64,000 nucleotides of DNA from Candidatus Saccharimonadales bacterium (GCA_040903985.1 JBBDUI010000002.1:599633-663632); one strand, 5' to 3'; counted from the stretch's first letter, positions 1-9,580 are shown. Translations and numbers: made by a program. The notes: a model not told the origin generated them from the sequence alone.

Positions 1-602
1 GCGGTTTGGGGGTCAATATCGTTTTGGGGATCGTATACGTTCCAGATGCGACAACCCTGTACGATTGAGTCCGAAGAGTACTGCTTAATACCATCGTGGT
101 AGCAATCATAGATATTACAGCCTACAGCAGCGAGTCGCGCATTAGCTGCGGTCCAGTAAATACCGTTCTCGCCCCCGCCGCCGGCACCTACGGCCTGCGA
201 ATGCTGACAGTACCAAGAGATGATTCGGTCGTTGCCGTTATCCCAGCCCGATCCTGCATGAAGGCGGAGCTCACGTTCAAATTTTAGACCCACAAACACT
301 ATCCGAGAACACCCCTCCATGGATAGTCTCTCATTGATAACCACGTTGCCTGGTGTTTCCGCCTTAAGAATCAACCAGTCGTCGTGGGTGGCATCGGCTA
401 GTAGACCGGCGCTATAGGTGCCGTTGGGTATGACTATAGTCTGTCCGCCGCTTTGATCAACGTAGGTTCTAAAATCGGGGCCCAGGTCGAGGGGCTCAGG
501 ATCTCCTGGTCCAGCACTCTGCTCCCACGCTACAGTAGAACCACTTTGAGCATTGACCCAACGGTTATTATCGGGATCGGCAAAGAAAGTATCTAAACTC
601 AT
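1..602 (-). CDS. Partial (C-terminus off window) right-handed beta-helix / pectate-lyase-fold protein, the downstream module of tail-fibre-like gene 599..1174. Its ATG at 602-600 overlaps the upstream TGA (ATGA).
   Basis: Manual translation of the minus strand gives MSLDTFFADPDNNRWVNAQSG...NGIYWTAANARLAAVGCNIYDCYHDGIKQYSSDSIVQGCRIWNVYD, with repeated beta-helix rungs of N-G-hydrophobic and Cys/His ladder residues. The ORF is absent from the track only because it runs off the window edge. Confidence 0.55.
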   Translation of the reverse strand, partial: MSLDTFFADPDNNRWVNAQSGSTVAWEQSAGPGDPEPLDLGPDFRTYVDQSGGQTIVIPNGTYSAGLLADATHDDWLILKAETPGNVVINERLSMEGCSRIVFVGLKFERELRLHAGSGWDNGNDRIISWYCQHSQAVGAGGGGENGIYWTAANARLAAVGCNIYDCYHDGIKQYSSDSIVQGCRIWNVYDPQNDIDPQT

Positions 603-1174
603 TCTGATGGTTTGACGAGACGGTCGCCAGAGTTAATATTAGCAGGAGTGGCGATTCCATTTTCGGGATCGGCCGGGTCTGAAGTATTAGATAGGCCAAC
701 GAAGACAATCGGATTGATTCCAGCTGACCTGGCCGGTGCGTCAGCAGACCAAACACCGGCTGCTGTCTCAATAATTGTAAGGCCCACCAAACTTGTTACT
801 CCGGCTCCGTTGTCAATTTCGGCTTTAGTGTAATAATCGGTGAGATCCGGCGTGGCCTTGAGGGTGTAGTTACCGTCCTCTGTTGTTGGAACCATGTCAT
901 CCGCTGCTTCAGTCGGGTCGGGTAGATTACCCTCACTACTTACGCCGCTCACCATATCATCTACGTACTGCTTAGTAGCGGCGTGAAGATCATTGGCGGG
1001 ATCGTCATTAAGGATGAGTGGGCCGGTTAAGGTGCCACCGTTGATGTCGAGTTTATTATCGATCTCAGCACCGCGTTTAAGTGTTCCATCGGAATTATGT
1101 TCAACGAGAAGATACTCGTTAAGGATATCTCCCCATACTCCTTGATCGGAACCTGGTATTGGTAGGCGCGCCAT
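599..1174 (-). CDS. Tail-fibre-like protein, N-terminal module only (191 aa): conserved leader plus collar motif.
   Basis: N-terminus MARLPIPGSDQGVWGDILNEYL is shared with 5 paralogs. GGTLTGPL...NDLHAATKQYVDD matches the phage tail-fibre / HylP-type collar motif. Confidence 0.7.
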   Translation of the reverse strand: MARLPIPGSDQGVWGDILNEYLLVEHNSDGTLKRGAEIDNKLDINGGTLTGPLILNDDPANDLHAATKQYVDDMVSGVSSEGNLPDPTEAADDMVPTTEDGNYTLKATPDLTDYYTKAEIDNGAGVTSLVGLTIIETAAGVWSADAPARSAGINPIVFVGLSNTSDPADPENGIATPANINSGDRLVKPSE

Positions 1175-1322
1175 AGGCAGTCTCCCCCGTGTTTATTTTC
1201 TAACTGCCTACGCTTATAGACACAAGTGAAGAGACGGGCTTAAGCTGTTGCATTTTAGCTTAATACTCATCTTCACTTTCTAATCTCACTCAGGCTTTAT
1301 GTATCCGATGAGTAAGGGCTTG

Positions 1323-1721
1323 TTAACCATCTAGGGGATCAACAAATCTAAGCTTAGTCCATTCACCAGTTGAGGGCTCATACGAGGCTAAATGTGCGAA
1401 GTAGATGGGCTGTTGCAGATGCTCTGGTATGAACTCTAGATCACCGTCTAGGGTTACCGCTAGGACGTGTTTAACTGTAGCTGCGCTAGGATCAAGGGTG
1501 AGGTTGTGCGTGGTAGCCATCGCGCTACATTTACCCTCTAGCTGATCACAAGTGGTAGCAGGAAGTAAGCTGTTTGATTGCTCAGCCATGAGCTGGCGGC
1601 ACGGGCGTAAGCCGGACAACTCTTGGATTATAACTGTTAGTGATCCATCAGTTACTTCGAAATCGCACCATGGGGTGGGGTGATTAGGATCGCGTCGAGA
1701 GACAATAGTCGAATCTATCAT
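1323..1721 (-). CDS. Hypothetical 132-aa protein whose start is coupled (TAATG overlap) to tail-fibre-like gene 1721..2458. Possibly a C-terminal receptor-binding or chaperone module.
   Basis: ORF with start/stop overlap to the upstream gene. I found no recognisable motif. Confidence 0.45.
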   Translation of the reverse strand: MIDSTIVSRRDPNHPTPWCDFEVTDGSLTVIIQELSGLRPCRQLMAEQSNSLLPATTCDQLEGKCSAMATTHNLTLDPSAATVKHVLAVTLDGDLEFIPEHLQQPIYFAHLASYEPSTGEWTKLRFVDPLDG

Positions 1722-2458
1722 TAGGTGCTCTCCATGGCGATAAGTGATTTACGAACGGCTGAAAAAGTATTATACGCACTGGCTCCAGTGGTAGAGCGAC
1801 TATAAACCTGAGCGAATGCCTGGTCTTGATTATTGGGATGCGCGGCTACTGTAACTACTGGGACTGTATTGAAGGCAGTGGTCCAGGTTACTGATTCGCT
1901 CTGAGCGGAACCGGCTGTAATTTTGGCTTCTATATGTGGTATGGGGGGTAAGTCAGCGTAAGCTAGGGCAGTCCCGGCGCCGTTGACTGTCGGCACTTGA
2001 CCCACTGTACCGATGGGGAGTCGGGTAGTGGTTGTGCCGTTGTGAGTTAAAAGATCACCTGATGTAGTAAGAGGAGTAGCACTCCCAAAAGCTACTCCGC
2101 CGCTTCCATCCGGTTGCAGTACTTTGCTAGCATCAACTTCCGTAGCGGCAAGTGACTCAATAACTAGCTCATCACTACCACCATTCTGGTGGCTAGCGGC
2201 ATGGGCACTAACCCCCAGGCTATCGACGTATCCTTTGGTAGCTGCATCACTATTATCGATAGGATTAGCTAGTCCAATGATGCGGTTACTACCTAAGTTA
2301 AGATTACCGCTCATAGTGCCACCACTTAGATTAAGTTTGGCATCTATATCACCCCCTCGCTTCAAGGTTCCGTCTGAGTCAAGCTCTACTTCAAGAAACT
2401 CATTGAGTATATGGCCCCAGGTTCCTTCATCGGCGCCCGGGATAGGTAATCGTGGCAT
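1721..2458 (-). CDS. Tail-fibre-like protein (245 aa) of the conserved-leader family.
   Basis: MPRLPIPGADEGTWGHILNEFLEVE leader. GGTMSGNLNL...DNSDAATKGYVDSL collar motif. Confidence 0.7.
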   Translation of the reverse strand: MPRLPIPGADEGTWGHILNEFLEVELDSDGTLKRGGDIDAKLNLSGGTMSGNLNLGSNRIIGLANPIDNSDAATKGYVDSLGVSAHAASHQNGGSDELVIESLAATEVDASKVLQPDGSGGVAFGSATPLTTSGDLLTHNGTTTTRLPIGTVGQVPTVNGAGTALAYADLPPIPHIEAKITAGSAQSESVTWTTAFNTVPVVTVAAHPNNQDQAFAQVYSRSTTGASAYNTFSAVRKSLIAMEST

Positions 2459-2729
2459 GGTGTGCTTGTATCCTTGTTTATTTCTTTGAAATACTCTTAA
2501 AAGAGGTGCAGCACACCTTAACTGTATCGCGGTTATGGTTTAGGGACAAGGGGGTGAACCTCCACCTGCCGGTAAAACTTATTTTTCTCGAGATACACCA
2601 AAGAGCTCTCAGCTGTTGCCCTTCGACATTGTTTACTTGCTGCAGGTGTCGGGTGTATATAGATGCAGAAAGCTTCAGTTACTGATCGATACAATGGTTC
2701 AACTAGGTATTACGGCGTAGAGGCCTGGC

Positions 2730-4232
2730 CTAATAGTGGCTAGCCTCTGGGGCTAGGAGCAGAGCCTCGGGCAGAGAATGTGGAAAAGTTATTGTAGATA
2801 GTTGTACGACACTTGTTGAGTAGGGTGTGAAGTACAGCTTGCCGTTAGGAGCTGCACACGCCCCTGAATTACTGATCCCAGAGCCGCTATAGATCTCCTC
2901 GACTTCTCCGGTAATCAAGTCACAAGCCACAAAGGCTGCCGGGACCGCGCTGCGATAGAAGTAGAGTCGTCCATCGTGCCCTAGCGCACCTGATCGGAAT
3001 ACCGCAGTTGTGGCGGGATGGACGAACTCTGCAGTCTGAGTCCACGGGTCAATACGAATATACCCCAGAGTCGCTGCAGTTGAAGAAGAGGGAAACAAAT
3101 ACACTGCACCATCAGGGCCAACACACCCGCCCACCCACTGACGGTTCGATTCCCCTTGAGCTCGGTCAAGCCCATAGTTTGTCTGCCAGGCTTCTTCAGT
3201 CTCGGGATCAATAACCAAGATGCCGTCCAGCGTATTTTGCAGACCATATGGAGCACAGTAGATCAACCCGTCAGGACCGAGCACTCCACCATGATATTTG
3301 AAGGACGCAGGCATATCTAGGCCCGGATCCCACCGCTTGGCGGTCCCTGCCACAGTGTCGATAATCAAGATATCGGTAGCGTTATACGGGATGCCCACAA
3401 TCTTGCCGGTAGCTGTTACTGCTGACCCATACCACTTGCCAGTGCCCGATAGGTCAAGGCCAAAGTTCTCAAGAGTAGCGGTGTTATCAGAAGGGTTAAT
3501 CACCAAGGAGAACTCACTGCTAGAGGGCATAGAGTAGACCTTGCCATCCAGGCCTAGTTGACCGCCCATCCATTTTGTGGAATCTGACATATCTAGTCCG
3601 AAATTTTCGAGAGTTGCCGTGTCGTTTGTCGAATCCACAACGATTACATTGTCGAAATTGCGAGGAAGCATATAGATCCGGCCATCAGGCGTAAGTACGC
3701 CACCACCCTCACATCGCTGACCAAAGGAGACCAAGCCTAGACCGTAGTCATTCATTGTAGCTACAGCAGAGGCTCCCTGTCGACGCAGGCCATGAACGTG
3801 TTGCTTCAGCAGGGAGACATAAGGCCCTTCATCTACCGTGGCAGAGAGAGGGGCCTTATCATCCAGTGCACTCTGGAGCCCGGAGACGGCGGCTATAGTA
3901 TGTACGCTACTGCCACTTGCATGATCGGAGAGTTCACTATCGGTGTAGCTCTCAGCTGTAGCTTCAGCTGCCGCTTGGGCCGCACCCACTAGACTGTCAA
4001 CGTAGGTCTTAGTTACGGCGTCTTGGGGGTCTTCTGGATCGGCTAGTCCGAGAATGCGGTTACTACTAAGTAATAACGGTCCAGTTAGAGTGCCGCCAGA
4101 TAAGCCAAGCTTACTGTCGATGTCACTACTGCGCTTTAGGCTACCGTCTGAATTCAGCTCGACACTCAAGAACTCGTTGAGAATATCACCCCAAACACCT
4201 TTATCCGAGCCAGGTATAGGTAGTCGAGCCAT
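2730..4232 (-). CDS. Tail-fibre-like protein (500 aa) with a C-terminal beta-propeller-like repeat domain.
   Basis: MARLPIPGSDKGVWGDILNEFL leader and GGTLTGPL...DAVTKTYVDSL collar. C-terminal half has about 6-7 repeats of approximately 47 aa with a G-x-L-x-P-D-G-x-I/V-Y-x-x-P pattern. Confidence 0.7.
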   Translation of the reverse strand: MARLPIPGSDKGVWGDILNEFLSVELNSDGSLKRSSDIDSKLGLSGGTLTGPLLLSSNRILGLADPEDPQDAVTKTYVDSLVGAAQAAAEATAESYTDSELSDHASGSSVHTIAAVSGLQSALDDKAPLSATVDEGPYVSLLKQHVHGLRRQGASAVATMNDYGLGLVSFGQRCEGGGVLTPDGRIYMLPRNFDNVIVVDSTNDTATLENFGLDMSDSTKWMGGQLGLDGKVYSMPSSSEFSLVINPSDNTATLENFGLDLSGTGKWYGSAVTATGKIVGIPYNATDILIIDTVAGTAKRWDPGLDMPASFKYHGGVLGPDGLIYCAPYGLQNTLDGILVIDPETEEAWQTNYGLDRAQGESNRQWVGGCVGPDGAVYLFPSSSTAATLGYIRIDPWTQTAEFVHPATTAVFRSGALGHDGRLYFYRSAVPAAFVACDLITGEVEEIYSGSGISNSGACAAPNGKLYFTPYSTSVVQLSTITFPHSLPEALLLAPEASHY

Positions 4233-4404
4233 AGTTTGTGTTGCCGCCCCTTGCTTGGACTAACTGCCACGTTATTTTATAATGTTTATGGTAGCTTAAA
4301 TCAGGTTTTAGGGCAAGGCGAAGTAAATCTCGGCCAGTAAAGCTCCCGTATTGTTATGTAGCAGAAGAAGCATTCACTGGGTCTGTTCTATATAACTACT
4401 GAGA

Positions 4405-4782
4405 TTAAGCACTCATGTTAAGCCGTTCTTTTACTTTAGTCACGATGTCTTCTAGCTCCCAATCGGCCTTGGTGAGATAGTCGGTTACACCTAGGTTTAA
4501 GAAATCCAGCACTTTATCACTAGTGTCAGAGTTGGTCAGCACCATGACTATGACTTTATCCCCATCGGGTAGCGCGCGCAGTTTTGTCAGCATCTCCTTG
4601 CCATCCATATTCGGCATGAGAATATCGAGTAATATAACGTCCGGTAGCCATGACTCAATGGTTGCAAGCGCTACCGCGCCGTCATCAGCGACTTTGACAA
4701 TAAACCCTTCATCTTCAAAGGTATCACTCAGTACATTGCGCAGCGATTTATTGTCTTCAACGATCAGTATTTTTTTATCCAT
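4405..4782 (-). CDS. Response regulator, receiver domain only (CheY-like).
   Basis: KILIVEDN...DVILLDILMP...DG receiver motifs. 125 aa. Sits immediately downstream of the kinase. Confidence 0.85.
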   Translation of the reverse strand: MDKKILIVEDNKSLRNVLSDTFEDEGFIVKVADDGAVALATIESWLPDVILLDILMPNMDGKEMLTKLRALPDGDKVIVMVLTNSDTSDKVLDFLNLGVTDYLTKADWELEDIVTKVKERLNMSA

Positions 4783-4784
4783 AG

Positions 4785-6566
4785 CTATTCCTCACTTGTT
4801 TTGGCCATTATATCATTATCCTGGTCTGGTATAGTGACTGAGAATTGGGTGCCTTTGCCAATCTTAGAGTCGAACCAGATCTCTCCGCCCAGCCGATCGA
4901 TAGCCGCTTTTGCAGTGTAGAGGCCCAGACCGGTGCCTTCTTCGCTACCAGTTACGGCATTTTTAGCGCGGAACAATTTAGTAAAGAGCTTCGACTGCTC
5001 ACCGGAAGGTATACCTATACCTGAATCCTCTATACTGATGACGGCACCACCTTTCAGATGCTCAGATTTACCAGAGTACGGTACTGAGGTTAGAGTGATC
5101 TCTCCGTCGGATGGGGTATATTTCACGGCGTTGGATATGAGGTTTTGCACTACCATCTCTAATAACCTCATATCCGATTTCAAGGCTAGTTTAGGTGCTA
5201 GCTTAGTAGTTACTTTTAGCGACTTCTCTTTAATTAGTGGCTGGAGATCATTGAGGGCTTCCTCGATGGCAGTGTTGGGATCGATAGTCTCAAGCTGCAG
5301 TTTAGCCGTTTTGAGCTCTAGGCGAGATACATTTAGGTAGTCACTAAGCAGGCCGGTGAGGCGAGCGCTATCTTCATGGATAGTTTCGAGGTAGCCGCGT
5401 TCTTTGGGCTTGAGATCAGTGCTTCTCAGTAATCGTTCGGTGTACCATTTAATCGCGCTTAAAGGTGTACGCAGCTGGTGGGAAGCTAGAGAGACGAACT
5501 CGTCTTTGGCCCGTGCGATAGCCTGTTCCTCGCTAATGTCGTGGAACACTTCAATCGCGCCAATGTGCTGATTATCTAGCACGATAGGTGTTGAGGTAAT
5601 AGCTACCGGCACCGGCTGGCCGTTGTAGTTGTGATAGTAGTAGGTGTCTTCATGTTCCGAGGTTTGAGTGGCCAGGGTTTTAAGCAGGGGTGTGTGTTTA
5701 GTCGGTATGACATGGCCCGTTTCATTATATAGACGGAACATCTCCGAGTAGCTTTTACCGATGAGGTTGCTTTCGTAGTAGTTAAACATCCGCTCCACTG
5801 TCGGATTGACCATAATAATACGTCCTTTAGAGTCGACAGCAATTACACCTTCGCCGATGCTTTGGAGCAGGGCAACGTCACGGGCTTTTTTACGCTCTAG
5901 AGTATCTAGGTTATTTTTCAATGATTCACTGATGATTTTACGCTGCCTGATCTCATCCTGCAGCTGGGTGTAGATATCGGCCAGTTGCTGTTCTCGCTCC
6001 TGGAAAAGGCTGGCCTTCTGGTCCAGGCTATCTTGGTAGAAGTAGAGGAAGCCGGCCACCAAGGAAACACTAAGTATCAACTGCTGGAATGTGCCGGCAT
6101 CGTAGGAGATAGTGAAGACTGCGATAGCGCCGATATCTACCGCCAGGAACATAGCCGCGAGGATTAAAACCAGAATTAACAGCCAGATACTGCCCCCCCT
6201 CTTACCCTTAAGGAAGGTCGCAACTACCGGGAAGATGAAGAACCAGAAGATAGTGCTATTACTTAACCCGCTAGAGAGAATAGAGGAGAGCACGACCGAC
6301 AGGCAGAGTAGTATGACTAGCGAAGAAGCTAGATCGTATGAGTAGCGTTTGAGGATCCAGAGACTCAGCCACAGGCCTAGTAGTACCAGACAGTTAAAGA
6401 CGGCCAGAGACAGGGCGTCGATAATGATAAAGTAGCCACTCTGACCGATTATCAGGGCGACTAGTAGCAGTACAAAGCGGTGCAGGAATTTCTCTTGATA
6501 AGCGGTATCTACCAGCTCGTTAACCGGCGTCTTGCGTTCTTTGCCTTCGTATTTCATATTAAGCAT
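4785..6566 (-). CDS. Sensor histidine kinase with N-terminal membrane domain and PAS domain.
   Basis: H-box ASHQLRTPLSAI. G-boxes GTGLGLYTAKAAIDRLGGEI. Multiple N-terminal TM helices. Confidence 0.85.
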   Translation of the reverse strand: MLNMKYEGKERKTPVNELVDTAYQEKFLHRFVLLLVALIIGQSGYFIIIDALSLAVFNCLVLLGLWLSLWILKRYSYDLASSLVILLCLSVVLSSILSSGLSNSTIFWFFIFPVVATFLKGKRGGSIWLLILVLILAAMFLAVDIGAIAVFTISYDAGTFQQLILSVSLVAGFLYFYQDSLDQKASLFQEREQQLADIYTQLQDEIRQRKIISESLKNNLDTLERKKARDVALLQSIGEGVIAVDSKGRIIMVNPTVERMFNYYESNLIGKSYSEMFRLYNETGHVIPTKHTPLLKTLATQTSEHEDTYYYHNYNGQPVPVAITSTPIVLDNQHIGAIEVFHDISEEQAIARAKDEFVSLASHQLRTPLSAIKWYTERLLRSTDLKPKERGYLETIHEDSARLTGLLSDYLNVSRLELKTAKLQLETIDPNTAIEEALNDLQPLIKEKSLKVTTKLAPKLALKSDMRLLEMVVQNLISNAVKYTPSDGEITLTSVPYSGKSEHLKGGAVISIEDSGIGIPSGEQSKLFTKLFRAKNAVTGSEEGTGLGLYTAKAAIDRLGGEIWFDSKIGKGTQFSVTIPDQDNDIMAKTSEE

Positions 6567-6694
6567 AATCGTTATCTACGATTGTAGCATGGGAAGTATC
6601 TTAACTTGCGTTAAACATCAGGGGAATCTACACTTTATGGGTGGTATAGTATGACGAGTTTCATGTAAGCTGGTAGTGCTTTCCATTATTTTGG

Positions 6695-6770
6695 GGCGAG
6701 ATAGCTCAGTTGGTAGAGCAGTGGCCTGAAGAGCCTCGTGTCCTCGGTTCGAATCCGAGTCTCGCCACCA
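6695..6770 (+). tRNA. tRNA-Phe (anticodon GAA).
   Basis: Manual cloverleaf fold. Acceptor GGCGAGA/TCTCGCC is perfect. D-arm GCTCAGTTGGTAGAGC. Anticodon loop CTGAAGA. T-arm CTCGG-TTCGAAT-CCGAG. CCA is encoded. There is one U-U mismatch in the anticodon stem. Confidence 0.75.
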
Positions 6771-6926
6771 TAAGTATGAACTGACCGAAGCGTCAGTTCA
6801 TACTTATGGATGACTAAAAGTCATGGATTCGAACCGAAACCCCGCCTTGGCGGGGCGGTACGCTGAAGCGATACAGCGCGCAGTTGCTCGCAGCGAGCAC
6901 TGTTGAGCGGAAATCGCGCAAGCGAT

Positions 6927-6945
6927 AATCCGAGTCTCGCCACCA
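6927..6945 (+). repeat. 19-bp exact direct repeat of the tRNA-Phe 3' end (AATCCGAGTCTCGCCACCA). An att-like duplicate or integration scar.
   Basis: Identical to 6752..6770. A perfect 14-bp-stem hairpin (6772..6808) lies between the two copies. Confidence 0.7.
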
Positions 6946-6961
6946 CGCCAGACTAAACCCA

Positions 6962-6993
6962 CAGCTTCCGCAAAAACAGCGGAAGCTGTTTTT
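6962..6993 (+). terminator. Rho-independent terminator-like hairpin: 10-bp stem CAGCTTCCGC/GCGGAAGCTG, then a T5 run.
   Basis: Perfect inverted repeat followed by TTTTT, read directly from the sequence. Confidence 0.55.
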
Positions 6994-7015
6994 GCTTCCA
7001 GCTTTCAGTTTGTCC

Positions 7016-7057
7016 TCCTCTTCCGATTAAAACGTTACTGTTTTAATCGGAAGAGGA
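7016..7057. repeat. Perfect 17-bp-stem inverted repeat (TCCTCTTCCGATTAAAA / TTTTAATCGGAAGAGGA).
   Basis: Read directly. No T-tract follows, so it is probably not a terminator. Confidence 0.6.
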
Positions 7058-7213
7058 CAAGGAGATACTTATGAATGACTGAAAATTATGGACTCGTATC
7101 TGAAGCCCCGCTATAGGCCGGGTGATTCTTTGGAGCGAGCCAGCGCGCAGATACTGTATTTAGCTTTTCGATCGACTTTACTTCTAATTATGATTTACAT
7201 ATATTGGCTATAA

Positions 7214-7822
7214 ATGACGTTTCAATACCGTTGGCCTTGGACCTATAAACTTTTTATTCCTCTTACTCAGCGGAAGCATGTGCTTGAAGCTTTCAAGCAG
7301 GCCGTGGGGGTTGACGTTACCGTTCTTGATGTTGCAGGTGGATTTGGCCATATGAGACGCGCCATGGATAGCTCTGTTATCTACCGAGGGATAGATATTA
7401 ATAAGACATTCATTGCCTATGCACAGAAGCGAGGCACAGACATGCGTTATGGTGATATCTTCTATCCTTCCGCGTATGAATCATCGGATGTCGTTGTCAT
7501 GTCGGACGTGCTACATCACATACCTCGTGATAAATGGCCGGATTTATTGCGCCTTACCCTTAGTAGCGCTCAGCAAAGACTTGTCATTCTGGAGCCGGCC
7601 TTCTTGGGCGTATCGAATCGTAATCGCATGTTCGGTCCTCTAGTGGACTGGTTATTTAAAAAGCTCGACAATGACGGCACTGGAGAAGTTGAGACCTGGT
7701 ATACGAAGGATGAGTACGTCGCTATGCTCGAAGGTGGGCTCGGGCTCAAAGAGGCTGATGAGTTTAGTTTTAGTTGCGAGGATGTATTCCCGTACCTTTT
7801 GATTACTTACAGTAGGAAATAA
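7214..7822 (+). CDS. Class I SAM-dependent methyltransferase.
   Basis: Motif I LDVAGGFG followed by acidic D (GIDIN). Post-I motif VVVMSDVLHH. Confidence 0.65.
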   Translation: MTFQYRWPWTYKLFIPLTQRKHVLEAFKQAVGVDVTVLDVAGGFGHMRRAMDSSVIYRGIDINKTFIAYAQKRGTDMRYGDIFYPSAYESSDVVVMSDVLHHIPRDKWPDLLRLTLSSAQQRLVILEPAFLGVSNRNRMFGPLVDWLFKKLDNDGTGEVETWYTKDEYVAMLEGGLGLKEADEFSFSCEDVFPYLLITYSRK

Positions 7823-7989
7823 TATGAGTGAATCTAACTTCGGCTGATACAGATATCCCGAACACTTACATCCAGATGAGCTTGTATCAGTTATCGTTCT
7901 GCCGTTGCAGAAGGGCAGATACTTTCAAGACCTTAAAAACAGGTCCGTTGCGTAAGGCGCGGTGATTTACTACAATTAATAGGCGTTAT

Positions 7990-8065
7990 GCGGGTGTAGC
8001 TCAGTTGATAGAGCGCGTCCTTGCCAAGGACGAGGCCACGAGTTTGAGTCTCGTCACCCGCACCA
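7990..8065 (+). tRNA. tRNA-Gly (anticodon GCC).
   Basis: Acceptor GCGGGTG/CACCCGC. Anticodon arm CGTCC-TTGCCAA-GGACG. T-arm ACGAG-TTTGAGT-CTCGT. CCA is encoded. Confidence 0.85.
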
Positions 8066-9580
8066 AAGTTGAGTTTTAGCGCCGTCAGGCGCTTTTTCTT
8101 TTTCCTCAATTACCAAGTTAAAAGGGTAATTCACGGTATATGACAAGTTTTTATCGTTCAGTTTAAGGTTAGAAACTAGGAATCCTAAGAGCTTGGAACG
8201 CTGCCCCTCATCTGCAAGCTGAAACAGCTCTGAAACTCGACTTACTAAATCTAACAGATATGAAGCGGTTACTAAGAAGTCCTTATTCCCTCTGGTTAGA
8301 ACATTTAGCCTATCATTGAGCTGTTGCTGTCTATTTGTTAATGTCTCTACAATTTTATCGTGTTGTTCTGGTGATATTTTTTCATCTACTAGTTTTTCAA
8401 ACCACATTTCAATTTTTTTGTCGATTGAATCATATTCCTCTCGAACTGATAGTAACGACTGTGAGTAATATTTTTGTTGGTCGTCGTGGTTATCTTTTAG
8501 TTCTTTAATAACTTTGTTTAATAGCTTTTCCGGAATATTTATCCTTTTTACAAGAGCTTCCATAGAGCCTAGTACGAGCGATTCTGCGGTGTTGGGGTTG
8601 CTACACTTAGAATTTGCACACTTGAGGTACACCCAACGTTTACACTGGAACGGGGAAATAGTACGACCACACTTACCGCAGCTTAGAATATCGCTAAAAT
8701 TGAAGTTTAGACTATCCCATTTGGTTTTCATTGATTTGCGCTTGTCTTTAATGAGCTGACACCTATTAAACAAGGCTCGGTCTATTAATGGTGCGTAATT
8801 ATGAGGGTAATCTTTTCCTTTCTGAGTCATCATTCCGTAATAAAACTTATTATTAATTATAGCTTCGACAGCCCCTTTGGATAGGGTAGTTTTACCAGTT
8901 TTACTGCTCGTAAAACCAGCTTTTGCTAATTCTTTAGCGATAAGGCTGTACGGCATTCCTATTGCCCTTAGCTCAAACGCTTTTACAATGTAATGCGCTC
9001 TTTGCTCATCGACCACAATATCTTTTAATGGCTTGTTGGGATTACTAGTAGGTATAGATATGTTTTGATATCCTATTGGCGCCCTGTGAACCCATATACC
9101 ATCATTTAACATCTGTTCAAAACGACGCTTTACATTGTCTCGGCTTGAATCGGAATAGTACTTAGCAAGCAGCATTCCTATACCAAGCCTGAATAAGTCT
9201 GTGGCTGGCGAACTAGATGATATGAATAAATTGTCTGATGGAAAATGTAGTTCTATTTTATCTTTTTCCACGAGCTGTCCCATTATTCTCACTTCTCTCT
9301 GTGAGGCGTCACGAGTAAAACGGTCTATTTTATCAAAGACAATTATCGCCTGTTCATTCAAAGACTGGATTTCATCTTCAATCAAAGAAGCGAATTTTTG
9401 CCTGGCGTCCTTGTAGGCACTTTCATCGAACTCATGGTATCGCCATTCTTTGTCTTTATAGTTCAAAGTTCTAGCATAGTTTTCAAGCCGTTGCTTCTGT
9501 GCGGGTAACGCTTTACGTTGCTGCACGTCCGATACCCTAGCGATTAATAGAATTGGTTTTTTATTGGTAGTAGCATTCAT
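8054..9580 (-). CDS. Large serine recombinase (integrase). Its stop codon overlaps the tRNA-Gly 3' end.
   Basis: N-terminal resolvase domain (ILLIARVSD catalytic Ser). Recombinase domain. C-terminal zinc ribbon CGKCGRTISPFQC...CANSKC. 508 aa. Confidence 0.85.
   Translation of the reverse strand: MNATTNKKPILLIARVSDVQQRKALPAQKQRLENYARTLNYKDKEWRYHEFDESAYKDARQKFASLIEDEIQSLNEQAIIVFDKIDRFTRDASQREVRIMGQLVEKDKIELHFPSDNLFISSSSPATDLFRLGIGMLLAKYYSDSSRDNVKRRFEQMLNDGIWVHRAPIGYQNISIPTSNPNKPLKDIVVDEQRAHYIVKAFELRAIGMPYSLIAKELAKAGFTSSKTGKTTLSKGAVEAIINNKFYYGMMTQKGKDYPHNYAPLIDRALFNRCQLIKDKRKSMKTKWDSLNFNFSDILSCGKCGRTISPFQCKRWVYLKCANSKCSNPNTAESLVLGSMEALVKRINIPEKLLNKVIKELKDNHDDQQKYYSQSLLSVREEYDSIDKKIEMWFEKLVDEKISPEQHDKIVETLTNRQQQLNDRLNVLTRGNKDFLVTASYLLDLVSRVSELFQLADEGQRSKLLGFLVSNLKLNDKNLSYTVNYPFNLVIEEKEKAPDGAKTQLWCG

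Noticed and set aside
96-287. 63-aa plus-strand ORF at the window start.
   Set aside because: It lies antisense within the manually reconstructed minus-strand beta-helix gene (1..602), which has a convincing repetitive beta-helix translation.
2124-2489. ORFs 2124..2489(+), 4054..4263(+) and 19916..20242(-) with similar C-terminal peptides (...SLRISPQVPSSxPGIGxRG...).
   Set aside because: They are antisense read-throughs of the conserved leader-coding DNA of the tail-fibre-like family. Their conservation simply mirrors the sense-strand conservation. They are not genes.
6790-6926. Possible extra tRNA or tmRNA-like element between the tRNA-Phe repeats (contains GGATTCGAACC, the reverse complement of a T-loop).
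   Set aside because: I could not fold an acceptor stem or anticodon arm on either strand. It is more likely degenerate att or tRNA-fragment debris.
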